A stretch of DNA of 64,000 nucleotides from Dictyostelium discoideum (lineage: Eukaryota): contig CM000152.2 of the NCBI GenBank assembly GCA_000004695.1, positions 5,344,001 through 5,408,000 of the forward strand. The letters run 5' to 3'. Numbering within the stretch: the stretch's first letter is position 1; the number at the start of each line of letters is the position of its first letter. Shown here in pieces: positions 10,792-28,933 of this stretch. The notes under the pieces are model-generated. The model saw nothing but the letters and a program-made list of their open reading frames with translations. It did no database searches and was not told the origin of the DNA. A program made the translations under genes and the position numbers.

Positions 10792-13409
10792 GAATTTTGA
10801 TTCGATTGATTTTTAAATGATAAATGTTTTGAAATTTCTAAAAATTGATCAAGATTTGAATATTCAAAAATTCTATTTATAATTGCTTGATCTAATTGAA
10901 TTAATGGTGAACCCTCTTTGTGAGTTGATTTTAAATATTCTACCAAATAATTTGGTGAGCCAAAATGAAGGAATAACGCTTGACACTTTTCAAATGTATC
11001 AAATGATGTAACCATTTTCTCTGCACTATAATAATATTGATATTTGAAGTTAATAAACAATTGATCGATAGTACCATTATCAGGATCCAATGTTAAACCA
11101 ATTCTATTTTTACAAGAGTATAAAATTAATTCTTTATATTCTTTAAAAAAGTAATTCATTACTTGATATCTAGTTTGATCCAACAATGAATAAACAATTG
11201 AAAATGGTAATTTCAATTGAAATTTAATAATTTGTAAAACTAAATAAATAATAATTTCATTTGAATAATCATTATTAATTAAAGATTTTGTAAATTTTTT
11301 TAAAATATAGTGATTATTTAATAAAACAATTTTTTCTAATATTGATTTTTTTGATGATGAACAACAACCCAAAGGAGGTGAATTTGGTAATGATGATGAA
11401 GTTGTAGTAGATATATTTGAATTATTATTATTATTATTATTTGAATTTAAATTATTATTATTTAAAGTTAAAATTAATAAATCCATTGAAAAATAATCAT
11501 TTGATTCATAAATATTTAAAATAAAAGATCTAAATAAAAATGATTGAATTCTAAATTTTTCCAAATGTGATATTGATTTAAAATTTATTGATTGATATAA
11601 TTGAATTGTTTCATTAAATGTCATTGATGATAAATTTAAGTCATTAAAAAATTTTCTTTTACATTGATTTGTAAGAATTTGATTTATATCATTATTACAA
11701 ATTTGATTAAAAATATTTATTTTATCTTGATTTGATTTACTTGTGATTGTATTTGATTTTCTAGTTTTAATATCTTCAATTTTTTTAGTTCTAAATTTTA
11801 ATAATAAATTAATCTTTTCCATTGAAACCCTTGTTAATAGAAAGCAAAATGTTTCATTTCTTTCAGAGTTTATTTCTTTTTGAAATTTTATTTTAAAATC
11901 TTGAACATTCTCCAATAGTGATTCGATAGTTTCAATTGGATAATAGATGAACAATAATTTTACAATGTAACAATGAACGTCATATAGTGATGTAAATCTT
12001 TTTAGGAATTGAATTACTTGATCAGTTGGTACGATTATTGATAATGGTTCGATAACTGATTCTTTGTTTAAAAAGTGTAATGATATATTACTCTCTATAA
12101 CATACTCCAATGCCATTAAATTGAAATGTCTAATAGTTTCAACATAAAAGAAAATTTGCATATCATTATATAAAGTTTTATATTGATCACCAATGATTGA
12201 TATGGTTCTACTGAATTTAAGATAATGTATAATTCTATCGACTTGGTTTTGTTTGAAAAAGTAATCTATAAAGAATGGGAAATACTTATGTTCATATCCA
12301 GATTTATATTTCTCTAGTAACTCTTCGATTGTTAATCTTCTATTTAAAAGTTCATTCTTTTTTGGTACAGTATCCAATACCAAACATTTTAAATTATCCA
12401 CATCATATTTGAATGGGAAAACATAATGAAATGGTTTATCATATGAACAACCTTCATTGGCAGAATAATAAACTAAAGGTATTCTCTCGGATGATAATTT
12501 ATCCAAAACATTCATTAAAATATTGTAATGATTAATTTGTGGATACTTTTTAATTAACATTTCTAAATTTACTTCTAATTCTTGTTCAATATATTTTAAC
12601 ATTTTCTCTGGATCATTTGATTTACATGCATTTTGAATTAATAATTCTTCATTATAACCTGTTGATGGTATTGGTTTCTTGATTTTACTTGATAATAATG
12701 ATGATGATGATGTTGTTGTTGTTGATGAATTAATATATGAATCAACTTGATTATGTATAAATTGAACAAAATCTAGAACTTGAAAATTCATTGATATAAT
12801 TGCATTGTCAACAATTTCTTTATCAGATATTATATCAATTACACCACCAATTGAATTATAATTTATTATACCGATAACACCTCCATTATTTGTATGCCAT
12901 TTATAATACATTTTTAAACTTTCAATTGGTGCTCCAACTAAACATACTCTAATATCATCCATTTGAAGTTTATAATTAATATATAATCTTTCCAAAATAT
13001 TTAAATATTTATTTGATTGATAAAGTTTGGAAATTGATAAACTAGTAATATCCAATGGATAATGTGACTCTATCTTATCGGACAAAAGGTTCAATGCATT
13101 CTTTGAGATCATAATATCAATTGAAACTAAATTTTCAAATTTCATTCTATTACCCAAATATAATTCATCTCTATTTTTAAATACTAATGGTTTATCTAAA
13201 ACTCTGAATATTATATTTCTAAGATATAAATTTCTCCAAATTTTCCAAAATGATTTCTCCCCAATATTAAATCCAATATTAAGTTTTTTATTATTCTGAT
13301 GTTGTTGTCCCTCTTCACCATTATCTTGACCATTATCATTTCTTTTTCTTTTTTTATTTAACGGGTTCTCTCCATTAAAAAAGGTTTTTATTGTTTTTGT
13401 TGTTAACAT
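9948..13409 (-). CDS. hypothetical low-complexity protein, 1153 aa, single exon
   Basis: A long uninterrupted ORF with poly-N/T/S tracts and Dictyostelium-like codon usage; no recognisable catalytic motif. Confidence 0.55.
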
Positions 13410-14418
13410 TGTTCTTTTTTATTTTTTTTATTTATTTTATTTTTTTTTTTTTAAAAAAAAAATAAAAAAATATTAAAATAAAAAATGTAATATATATATT
13501 TAAATAAATAATATTTTCTTTTTACTTTTTTTTGATTATTTTTTTTTGATTATTTATTACTTTTTTTTTTTATTTACAATGAATAAAATATTGAAAAAAA
13601 AAAAAAAAAAAAAAGAAGAGAGATTTTTTTATTGTTTTTCTAAAAAGTATAGTGATAATTTATTTTGAATATATGTTTTGTTGGTATTCAAGTAATGCTT
13701 TAATAAAAATAAAAAAATAAAAAATAAAAAATAATAAAAAAAATAAAAAATTTTAGGTGGTTTTTTAAGGAATTATTATTATTAAAAATATTATTTATTT
13801 TTTTTTTTTTTTTTAATTGAAAATAATAAAATAAAATAAAAAATAAAATAAAATAAAATTTTTTTAATTTTAAAAAATTAAAATAAAAACAAATAATAAT
13901 AATAATAATAATAATAGATTATAAGATTATATATTTTTATATTTTTATTAAAAATATTAATTCGTATGTATGTATTATTTTCTCTATAATAGTTTATTTG
14001 TCAAATTTGTGCTTGTGTGTGGGTTTGTGTGTATTTATTATACTATACAAAGGGTTTTTTTAAAAGAAAAAAAACAAATAATAATTAAAAAATTAAATAA
14101 ATAAATAATTTTTGATATTTATAGTATTTTAATACATTAAATATTAATTTTTTAAAAAATTTAATAAAAAAAAATAATAATAAATTAAAATTGTTGATTA
14201 TAGGAGTCTTTGATTCATATAAAAAAACATAATGTGGGGATATACTCTTTAAAAATGGTAATTAATTTTAATAAAATATCAAATTAATTTTTATTTTTTT
14301 AATTTTTAAAAAAAAAAAAAAAATCTTCTTTCTTCCCACACAAAATAAAAAAATAAAAAAACAAATATTTAAATAATTAATTTATTTTTATTATTGACAC
14401 ACTTTATATATATATATA

Positions 14419-14453
<35 letters not shown>

Positions 14454-14456
14454 AAT

Positions 14457-15449
14457 TTAGGACATAATAACTAATGTTAAAACAAAGAATGTTACAATAA
14501 TTAATGTAGGTAAGATTGAATTACCGGTAGAACTATCTTTTGAACCAGTTGTTGAGGAAGTAGTACCAGTTGAACTGCCTGCAGTTGAAGTTTCAACACC
14601 ACCTGGATTCAATACAGTAGAATCGGTTTGTAATGAATCATTATCACTTTCTTCGGAATCATTTGGTGAGGGTGATGAAGATGGTGATGATGATGGTGAT
14701 GATGAAGCTGTATCAGTGGAGCTAGAATTGGAATTTGTAGAATCTGATGAGGAGATTGGACCGACAGTTGGAGGAACATCACTTGAACCATTTGGATTTG
14801 TACCACCACCAGAGTTTGGAGTATTTGAAGAACCGGTATAAAGCAATTGGGAACGACTAACTGGTTGTTGTGCTCCTTCGGTAAATGTTGCAACGGTTAT
14901 GTAAAATTGTTCATTGGCATAATTTGACTTTTCAGATGTAATATCAATTAAAGTTTGCCCAATATAAAAACTTGTTGGTGAATTGGGTGCAACAGCTTGT
15001 GAACCACCTCCGACAAATTTGGTTGAAGTTAAAACAGTTGAAGAATCAAATGGCAATGTTAATTTCAATTGACCACCATCAGTATTTGGTGCAGATGGAC
15101 CTAGTAATTTTACTTGTGAAACGTCAGTACCATCAATACCAGTCAATGAAATACTATAACTAAATTTATATCCACCATCAACTCTTGCTATTATTAAATC
15201 TGCAGAACCTTTAACTGAATTGGTTTTACTATTTGTTAAAGCACTTGTACCAAATGTACCTTTAAAAGTATATTTTTCAGTATCTAAAAATTAAAAATAA
15301 AAAAAAATAAAAAATTAATAATTATTATCTTAATTTTAATTTAAATCTTAATATATTTTTAAATTCTTACCATCTGAGAATGCCACATTATAAAATGAAA
15401 ATAAAATAATTAATATCTTAAAAATTGATAAAGTATTTTTAAATTTCAT
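14457..15449 (-). CDS. secreted Ser/Thr/Pro-rich cell-surface glycoprotein with a C-terminal hydrophobic tail (probable GPI anchor); exons 15371..15449 and 14457..15283
   Basis: Exon 1 (minus strand) encodes MKFKNTLSIFKILIILFSFYNVAFSD, a signal peptide, and ends at a GTAAGA donor (phase 1). The acceptor is tttttcag at 15284-15285, and exon 2 encodes a globular N-terminal domain. This is followed by a PT/S-rich stalk (SSSPSSSPSSSPSPNDSEESD...) and ends GNSILPTLIIVTFFVLTLVIMS*. Confidence 0.65.
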
Positions 15450-16202
15450 TTTAGGTATTATATTTATAATTTTAATTATTTTTAATATTAATTTTTTTTT
15501 TTTTTTTTTTTTTAATTAATTTTTTTTTTTTTTTTTTTTTTTTAAGGAAATAATTTAATGTGAATGTATATGTATAGCAATAATAAATAAATAAATAATT
15601 TTTTTTTTTGTTTTTTTTTTTTTTTAAGTATTAAATGAAAAAAAAAAAAAAAAGAAATCTTAAGGTTTATAAAAAAAAAAAAAAAATAAAAAAATAAAAA
15701 ATAAAAAATAAAAAAAAAATAAAAAAAAATTAAATGTTAATTAATTAAAACGTTTTAAAAAGGTCTTTTTAAAATCATCTTATCAAAAGGGACTCTTCAA
15801 TATTAATTTTCAAAAAAAAAAAAATAAAAATAAAAAAAAAATAACGAACTAAAATCTTTTTGGAAAGCCTTTTTGAGATATTGAGGGTTTTTACATGAAA
15901 ATTGAAGAAGTTGGGAAAATAACATATGTATTACGGCGAATCAATGTTTTTAAATTAAATAAAAAAATTTTTTAAAAGAAAACTTAATTAATTTTAAAAC
16001 CAAAAAAAAAAAAAAAATAGTAAATTAAATACTTTTAACTGGATATTATTATGAATTTCATATGACGCAACCATTTGGAATACAGTTTTTTTTTTTTTCT
16101 TTCTTTCTTTCTTTCTTTCTTTAATTATGTTATATTACTTTTTTTTTTTTTTTTTTTTTTTCTTATAATTTTATAATATATTGTTATTATATTATAGCCA
16201 TT

Positions 16203-16272
16203 ATTTTTTATTTTATTTTATTTTATTTTATTTTATTTTATTTTATTTTATTTTATTTTATTTTATTTTATT
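16203..16272 (+). repeat. (ATTTT)n pentanucleotide microsatellite, about 14 units, intergenic
   Basis: Direct read. Confidence 0.9.
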
Positions 16273-16302
16273 ATTATTGATAATTAAATTCCAATGATAG
16301 AA

Positions 16303-16340
<38 letters not shown>

Positions 16341-16344
<4 letters not shown>

Positions 16345-16655
16345 TCTTTTAATATATTAATTTTTATATCCATTGTATAAATATATTTTTCATTATTTCC
16401 ATTTGAAGTATTTAAATTTGATACAGTTTGTTTATGAGTACCAATTAAAGATATAGCATCGTCTATATTATTGGATGAATTATTATTTTTAACAATATTT
16501 AAATTATATTCGGATATAATTTCTACAGAATTATTGAATTCATCCTCAAAATGAGAAGAACCATACAATTGAATTGAGTTATCTTTTAATACACCACCAC
16601 AAACCAATGGTGGACCTCCCATTTGTAAATATAATTTAACAGCTCCTCCAAACAT
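16341..16655 (-). CDS. hypothetical small protein (104 aa); function unknown (no identifiable family)
   Basis: The ORF is MFGGAVKLYLQMGGPPLVCGGVLKDNSIQLYGS... The upstream frame stays open into the AT-rich flank, so an additional upstream exon cannot be excluded. Confidence 0.3.
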
Positions 16656-16867
16656 TAAACAATATTTAATTTCCCCTAAATCTATAAAAAATAAAAATAA
16701 AAATAAAAATACAAATAAAAATAAAAATAAAAATAAAAATAAAAAAACAAAAAAATAAAAAATAAAAATTATAAATTAATTAAATAAATAAAATAAAAAA
16801 AAATTAAAAATTAATAAACTACATTTTAAAAAATTTCTTAATTATAGTAGTTTTTTTATAAATATAC

Positions 16868-16926
<59 letters not shown>

Positions 16927-16931
<5 letters not shown>

Positions 16932-17121
16932 AATATTTATACATACTTGCAATAATATATTCATCTTGATCCATAATTTTTGATTTTAATAAATTCATTT
17001 CATCATAATAATTCTTTTCAGCAGTTTTAAAAATTTCCTCTGAAATATTTTCACCCATTATTTTATTATTTTTAAAACCAAGTGAATGAACATTATATTG
17101 AGTCCATGGTTGTATAAATGG

Positions 17122-17159
<38 letters not shown>

Positions 17160-17915
17160 CTTGGTTGATGTTGTTGTTATTATTATTATTTAATAATTCA
17201 TATATCTTTTTATAAGGGAAAAATTCATGTGAATAATAGGGTTCAGCATTTAATTGTTCAAAGATTTGTGGTGAAATCATTTTACCATATTTGATCATAT
17301 CTTGCCAACGTGATAAATGTGGTGATATTAAAAAACATTGTATTATCATTTTCTCTGATAATGTATTGATATCTCTATTGTTTATAATATCATCCATTAA
17401 TGGTATAACTTTATCAATTAAATATCTACTATGTAAACAAATGATTAATTGTTGAATTTCAATTGCTTCTTTCTCTTGTTTATTCTCTATATTTTTAATA
17501 TCTAAAAATGTCCAAATTTTATTTAATTCTTTTTTACCTAATGTCTATAAAAATATATATATATAAATATATTAGAAAATTCTATAAATTGGAAAAATAA
17601 TAATATAATAATAATAATAATATTTACATTTGGTGAAGAATTTGTTATACCTAGATATTTCCATAAAAAACTACTTGATAATAATCTTTGATTGTTATTT
17701 AACTCTTTTGGGTCACAATTTAATAATTCATCTTTAAATTCTTCAATTGATTTTGGTACTTTAGATAGAATTTCTAGTTTTTTAATCTCTGCTAAATTAT
17801 TTGAAATATTTGACTCACTTAAATCGATATTTTTTTTATTTGTAGTTGTAGTAGTAGTATTATTATTATTATTATTTAAAGTTGAATAGAATTTATTTTT
17901 ATTTTCAAATGAAAA

Positions 17916-17963
<48 letters not shown>

Positions 17964-18074
17964 TCCAAAACTAGTTAAAGTACCCCTACAATAAGTGGTT
18001 TGGTGGTGTGATTGAAATCTTATTAAATTTCTATATATGTTATTTCTTGTGAAAATAGAAACTTTTTTAAACAT
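16927..18074 (-). CDS. hypothetical protein with an N-terminal mitochondrial-presequence-like segment; exons 17628..18074 and 16927..17544
   Basis: Exon 1 begins MFKKVSIFTRNNIYRNLIRFQSHHQ (basic and hydroxylated, no acidic residues), contains poly-N, and ends ...NSSPN at a GTAAAT donor. The acceptor is ttatag, and exon 2 begins TLGKKELNKIW..., in frame with ORF 16927..17397. Confidence 0.55.
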
Positions 18075-18208
18075 TCTAAAAAGGCTATTTCATCCAATAA
18101 GAGATGCGATTCACAAAAAAGCAAAAAAATTTCTTTTTCTATTTTTTTTTATTTTTTATTTTTTAATTTTTATTTATTTTTTTTTAATTTAAAATTGCTC
18201 AACAATAG

Positions 18209-18239
<31 letters not shown>

Positions 18240-18722
18240 TTGACACACACAATTCAAAAAAAGGTATCATTTCTTTATTTAACTATTTCTTTTTGTAAAT
18301 AACACATTCAAAAAAAAAAAAAAATAAAAAAAAAAAATAAAAAATAAATAAAAAAAAATAAAAAAAAATAAAAAAAAAAAATTAAAATTAAAATTAAAAA
18401 ACAAATAGTGGTTTCCTTTTATAGCCCAAATTTTTCTTTTTTCTTTTTTTTTTTTTTTTTTTTATTTAAATAAATTATTTAATTCATATTCAATTAAATG
18501 TTTTAAAAATAATTAAATTAAATTAAATTAAAAAAAAAAAAAAAAAAAATATATATATAAATTTTAAAATCAGAAATTATTTTTGTTTTTTTTATTTTTT
18601 TATTCACTAATAATTAATCAACACAGTAATACTATAAAAAATATAATTTTAAAAAATTAAATTTTAAAATAATAATATTTTAAAAAAAAATAAAAATAAA
18701 AATAAAAAATAAAAAAAAAAAA

Positions 18723-19052
18723 ATGAAAAACTATAATTTTATATTAATTAGTCTTTTTATAATATTTTTCATAATATTAAATATATCAAGCAATAATAAT
18801 AATTTTACAAATGCTGAAGAAATGACAGGAATAAATGATATAATAAATAGACGTTACCAAGAGTATATGGAAAATAGAACACCAAATGAACAACAACAAC
18901 AACAACAACAACAACAAAATAATAATAATCCTCCACAACACATAGATCCTTTAGTTGGTAACCCCTGTAATCATGACCAAATAATGCAAGGAAGAATTTC
19001 AAAATTAAAAGAAAAATTAAAAAAAGATCAACAAAATCAACAACAAAATTAA
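18723..19052 (+). CDS. small secreted Gln/Asn-rich protein (109 aa) with a signal peptide
   Basis: It starts with the hydrophobic MKNYNFILISLFIIFFIILNIS; the ORF is short and may not be a real gene. Confidence 0.3.
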   Translation: MKNYNFILISLFIIFFIILNISSNNNNFTNAEEMTGINDIINRRYQEYMENRTPNEQQQQQQQQQNNNNPPQHIDPLVGNPCNHDQIMQGRISKLKEKLKKDQQNQQQN

Positions 19053-19273
19053 AATGAAAAATTAAAAAAAAAAATAAACAAAACCAACAAAAAAACTAAA
19101 ATAATATTAATAAAATAAAACTTGTACATATTTAAATTATTTCAACACTGTTTTTTTTTTTTTTTTTTTTAAAGTATCGATATGTTATTATTTTTATTTT
19201 TTTTTTATTTATATTTTTGTTTTTTTTTTTTTTTTTTTTTTTTTTTATATATATTTTTTTTCGATTTTGAAGT

Positions 19274-20995
19274 TTAAATGTCATTTATATCAACAATGTT
19301 TGAATTTTTTGAATTAAAATTTCTCATTCTAATACGATCAGCAGATTTTTTACAACACCATTCTTCTTCACAATCGTCAACACAATTTTGAATACAAAAG
19401 TTTGGATCAGAAGTGGCACCACCAGTGAAAGAATTAATTGGTAAGAATTCTGGTTGAATTGAAGTTGAGTGAATACCTTCTTTGTGGAAAATTTTTCTTA
19501 ATTTGGAAGCGATTGATTGGAATTCTCTACCTTGTTCAATACCGACATGGACTGAAGCGATGGTCATACCATCAACCAATTGCCAAACGTGAAGATCATG
19601 CTGACTAACGACACCTTCAACTTTTGCGATCTTGTAACGAATTGAATCCAAATCGATATCATCCGGTACCTTTTGTAATAAAATCATTGAACATCTCTTC
19701 ACCAATGGTGCTGATGTGGCTGCGATCATAATAACAATAATCAATGAAACTGCTGGATCAATATATTCTGTCCATTTACCATGGGTGAAATGAATAACTG
19801 CACCGGTAATCAATACGAATAACGATGAGATTGCATCACCCAAAAAGTGAAGGAAAACACCAAACATATTTAAATCCATTCCCAAACATGTACCACTTGA
19901 TTTCTTTTTCTTTTTCTTTTTCTCTACACCATCATGTGAATGACCATGTTTTTCTTTCTTTTTCTCTACACCACCATCATGTGAATGACCATGGCCATGC
20001 TTTTCTTTCTTTTTCTCTGAACCACCATGTGAATGACCATGATTTTCCTCTGAATGATCATGATGACCTTCGTGATCATGGTCATGCTCATCATTAATAT
20101 TTATACCTTCAGCAGCACCACCACCATGTGAATGACTGTGACCATGTTTCTTTTCTTTCTTCTTTTCACCACCATGTGAATGACCATGACTCTCTTCGGA
20201 ATGGTCATGGTGATCGTGGTCGTCATGATTATGTTCTTCGCTATTAATACCTACAGCAGTGGTAGCGGTACTATGTGAATGGCCATGACCATGTTTTTCT
20301 TTCTTTTTCTCTTTGTCTGCACCATCATGTGAATGGCCATGCTTTTCTTTCTTTTTCTCTTTCTCAGCACCATGTGAATGACCACCACCTCCGCCATGTG
20401 AATGACCACCACCACCGTGTGAATGAGCATGAGACATACCAGTACATGCAAATACTATAGTACCTAAAATATTAATTGCTAAACCAGAACCTGCAACAAT
20501 CATAAAGATTAGACCACTTTCCATTGGCTCAGGTCTGATGAAACGTGGAATTGCCTCCAATGCAACATAAAGACTCATCGATAGTAAAAAGCAACCGTTT
20601 GTTAAACCACCTAAGATTTCAGCACGTGCCCAACCATAAGACATGAAATTATCAGAGTCTCTCTTTGCTGCTTTTTGTGCCCACCATGCAATAACTAATG
20701 AAACTACATCTGATAAATTGTGAAATCCATCCGATAACAATGTTAATGATCCAACATATAATGCTGCCCCTAATTCAACAATAACATATAACAATGTCAA
20801 TGTACCAATAGAAATAAATGCAATTGATTTACTTAATGGTTCTTTCTCTAAATCTTTTTGTTTCTTTGTATCTTTACTAATTAAATTTTCATTATAATCA
20901 TAATTATTATTATTATAATAATTATAATCATCATCATCATCATCATAATCATTGTCATCAATTATATTATTATTATTATTATTTTTATTATACAT
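19274..20995 (-). CDS. cation diffusion facilitator (CDF/ZnT, SLC30-like) zinc transporter with a very long tandemly repeated His-rich cytosolic loop
   Basis: TM2 carries [10 protein letters not shown] (an HxxxD metal site) and TM5 carries HFLGDAISS. The C-terminal cytoplasmic domain includes [18 protein letters not shown]. The central loop is built of repeats of HGHSHDG(A/V)[11 protein letters not shown]. Confidence 0.85.
19860..20420 (-). repeat. tandem coding repeats (about 60-130 bp units) encoding the His-rich loop of the CDF transporter
   Basis: Visible on the plus strand as recurring catgtgaatgaccatg...ttttctttctttttctc units. Confidence 0.8.
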
Positions 20996-21298
20996 TTTGT
21001 ATTATTATTATTATTATTATTATAGTATTATAATTATTTATTATTATTTATATTTATATTTTATTATTCCATATATTAATTATTAATTATTTTAATTTGA
21101 AAAAATAAAAAAAAAAAAAAAAAAACAATATTAATAAGAGGTATTAAAATAAAAAGATTTTTTGGAAAAAAAAAATAAATAAAAATTAAAATATAAAAAT
21201 AAAAAAAAACAATGATCCGTTTATTTATATGATTCAAATAAAAAAACTGCAAACGGGAGGGTTGTTTTTTGTTTTTTGGTTTTTTTTTTTTTTTTTTT

Positions 21299-21348
<50 letters not shown>

Positions 21349-21646
21349 AACAAAATAAAATTAAAAAAAATAGTTTAATAATTAACAATTGTTTAATTTG
21401 GTATAAAAAGAAGGAACGATGTGATTTGTTAAGTGGAAGTGAAGTGTTTTTTTTTTAAAAAATATAAATTTGTTTTTTTTTTTATTTTTTTTTATTTTAC
21501 CCTAACAACGACGAAGTTTCTGAACTGGCCATTTATTTTATCTTATCAAACACTTTTCTACTTTTTTTTTTTTTTTTTTTAGTTTTTAGTTTTTAGTTTT
21601 TATAGTATATAAATAATAATACAAAGATAAGTTTTATGAAAGATGT

Positions 21647-21688
<42 letters not shown>

Positions 21689-21710
21689 TGTGAAAATAAA
21701 NNNNNNNNNN

Positions 21711-21800
21711 NNNNNNNNNNNNNNNNNNNNNNNNNNNNNNNNNNNNNNNNNNNNNNNNNNNNNNNNNNNNNNNNNNNNNNNNNNNNNNNNNNNNNNNNNN
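21711..21800. other. assembly gap (run of 90 N)
   Basis: Literal n characters flanked by poly-T. Confidence 0.95.
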
Positions 21801-22356
21801 AATAATAATTTTTTTTTTATTTTTTTTTTTATTTTTTTTTTATTTTTTTTATTTTTTTAATTTTTTTAATTTATTTATTTATTTATTTATTTATTTATTA
21901 ATTATTTCATTTTTATAAATTACAAAAAAAAAAAAATAAATAAAATAAAAATATGTCATCAATTTCTTTTTTATTTTTGTTTTTATTTTATTTTATTTTT
22001 TTTTTTTTTTTGACCATCTATTTTTAGTTTTTTACTTTTTTATTTTTTTATTTTTTATTTTTTTTTTTTTGTCCAAAAAAAGAAGATGAACTTATTTAAA
22101 GTATTTAATTGTTTAATTTTTTTTTTAAAAAAAAAATGGGTAGACTAAATTTAGAAAAAAAAAAAATAAACCCAATTATTAATGGTAATATAATATACAA
22201 AAAAATAAAATAATAAATAAAATCATTTTATCACTTTTTTTTTTTTCACTTTTTTTATTTTTTTTTTTCCAAAAAAACGAGTCATTTTTTCAATTTTTTT
22301 TTTTTAAAAATTTCACAAAAAAAGACGAAGAAAGAATTTTTTTTTTTTTTTATTAA

Positions 22357-22387
<31 letters not shown>

Positions 22388-22390
22388 TAA

Positions 22391-24196
<1,806 letters not shown>

Positions 24197-24451
24197 AAAA
24201 AATAATAATAATAATAATAATAATAATAGTAATAATTTATTGTAGAAAAAAATAATAATAATAATAATAATAATAAAATAATAAAAACAAACAAATAAAT
24301 AAAACAAATTATTTCTTTTTTTCTACAATATTTTTTTTTTTTTATTTTATTTTGTATTTATCTTATATTTCCTTAACAAAATTATTATTATTACTAAAAG
24401 TTTTTGATTTTAAAATTTTTTAAATATATAAATGATTGGCATTTAAATAAT

Positions 24452-24825
24452 TTAGATTTTATCTTTTGGTAATTGGTAGATTGGATCAGCATTGGTTTCT
24501 TTGGCATATGCTAAAGTTTTAGCTCTCCATTCTTTGTTATGAGTTGGGTATTCACCTATTTATATATATATGTAATAAATTTATATTTAATTAGTGATGT
24601 TTTTTTATATTAAAAACATAAAAAAAAAAAAAAATTTATATATTTACGTTTGTTGGATCTTGTTTTGGCAAAGAAGAGGCCACTAACAGTAAGGGTAGCA
24701 ACAACACCAATTAAAGTGATGTAACCTTTTGGTGTACCGTAACCCTCTAATTTGTACATGTTGTATGGGTAGCCTTTGAAGCCTTTTGGATATCTGAGAT
24801 TGTATGATTCGTTACCAGTGGACAT
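24452..24825 (-). CDS. small single-pass membrane protein (about 93 aa), possibly a mitochondrial respiratory-complex accessory subunit; exons 24648..24825 and 24452..24555
   Basis: Exon 1 encodes MSTGNESYNLRYPKGFKGYPYNMYKLEGYGTPKGYITLIGVVATLTVSGLFFAKTRSNK, with one TM helix, and ends at a GTAAAT donor (phase 1). The acceptor is ataaatag, and exon 2 encodes REYPTHNKEWRAKTLAYAKETNADPIYQLPKDKI*. Confidence 0.45.
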
Positions 24826-24840
24826 TCTAAAATTATAATT

Positions 24841-24963
<123 letters not shown>

Positions 24964-25529
24964 GAATAGTTAGTTATTTGATTAATTTAAATTTAAATTT
25001 CATTTTTTTTTTTTTTTTTTTTTTCACTGTTCACCACCAAAAAAAAAAATTGATGATAGTGTATAATCAAATATTTTTGTTTTTTTTTTTTTTTTTTCTA
25101 AATATAACCAACACATAAAAATAGTGAAAATCTTAATCACTTAATCACTTTTTACTTTTATTTTATTTAATATAATGTGCGTTGGTCCTAACTGACATTC
25201 CAGTTTTTTTTTTTTTATAATTTTTTGCGTTGAAACTTACTTGTTGTGTGTATGAAAAAAAGTAATATGAGTTGAAAAAAAAAAAAATTAAAAAATTATA
25301 AAAAAAAATCAAAAAAAAAAAAAAAAAAATTCCAATTTTTTTATTTTTTTTTTTATTTTTTTTTATATATATTTTATTTTATTTTGTTTTGTTTTCACAA
25401 ATCACTTTTTTCATCGTTTTTTTTTTTTTTTTCACAAAATTTCTTTTAAATTTTTCTTTCGTTTTTGAAATCTTTTTGTTTTTTTTTATTTTATTTTTTT
25501 TATAGATATAAATTTATTTAATTATTCAT

Positions 25530-25564
<35 letters not shown>

Positions 25565-25693
25565 TTTCAATTTATTGTTTTGTAATAAATCCAATTTTCC
25601 AAAGATTTGACAAATAAAAAAAAATAAAAATTAAAAAAATAAAAAAAAAAAATAAAAATAAAAATAAAGTAAACAATTTTATTTTTACAAATA

Positions 25694-28796
<3,103 letters not shown>

Positions 28797-28933
28797 AAAA
28801 AAAAAACGGATATATATATAAATTATAAAAAATAAAATTATTATCTTTTTTTTTTTTTTTTTTTATATATATACCAATCTTTTAAGATTGAAATAATTAT
28901 TTTATTTTATTTTATTTTATTTTTTTTTTTTTT

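Noticed and set aside
19825-20460. His-rich small ORFs on both strands inside the CDF transporter gene
   Set aside because: They are frame-shifted readings of the tandem HGHSH-encoding repeats. The CDF ORF is continuous and explains the region.
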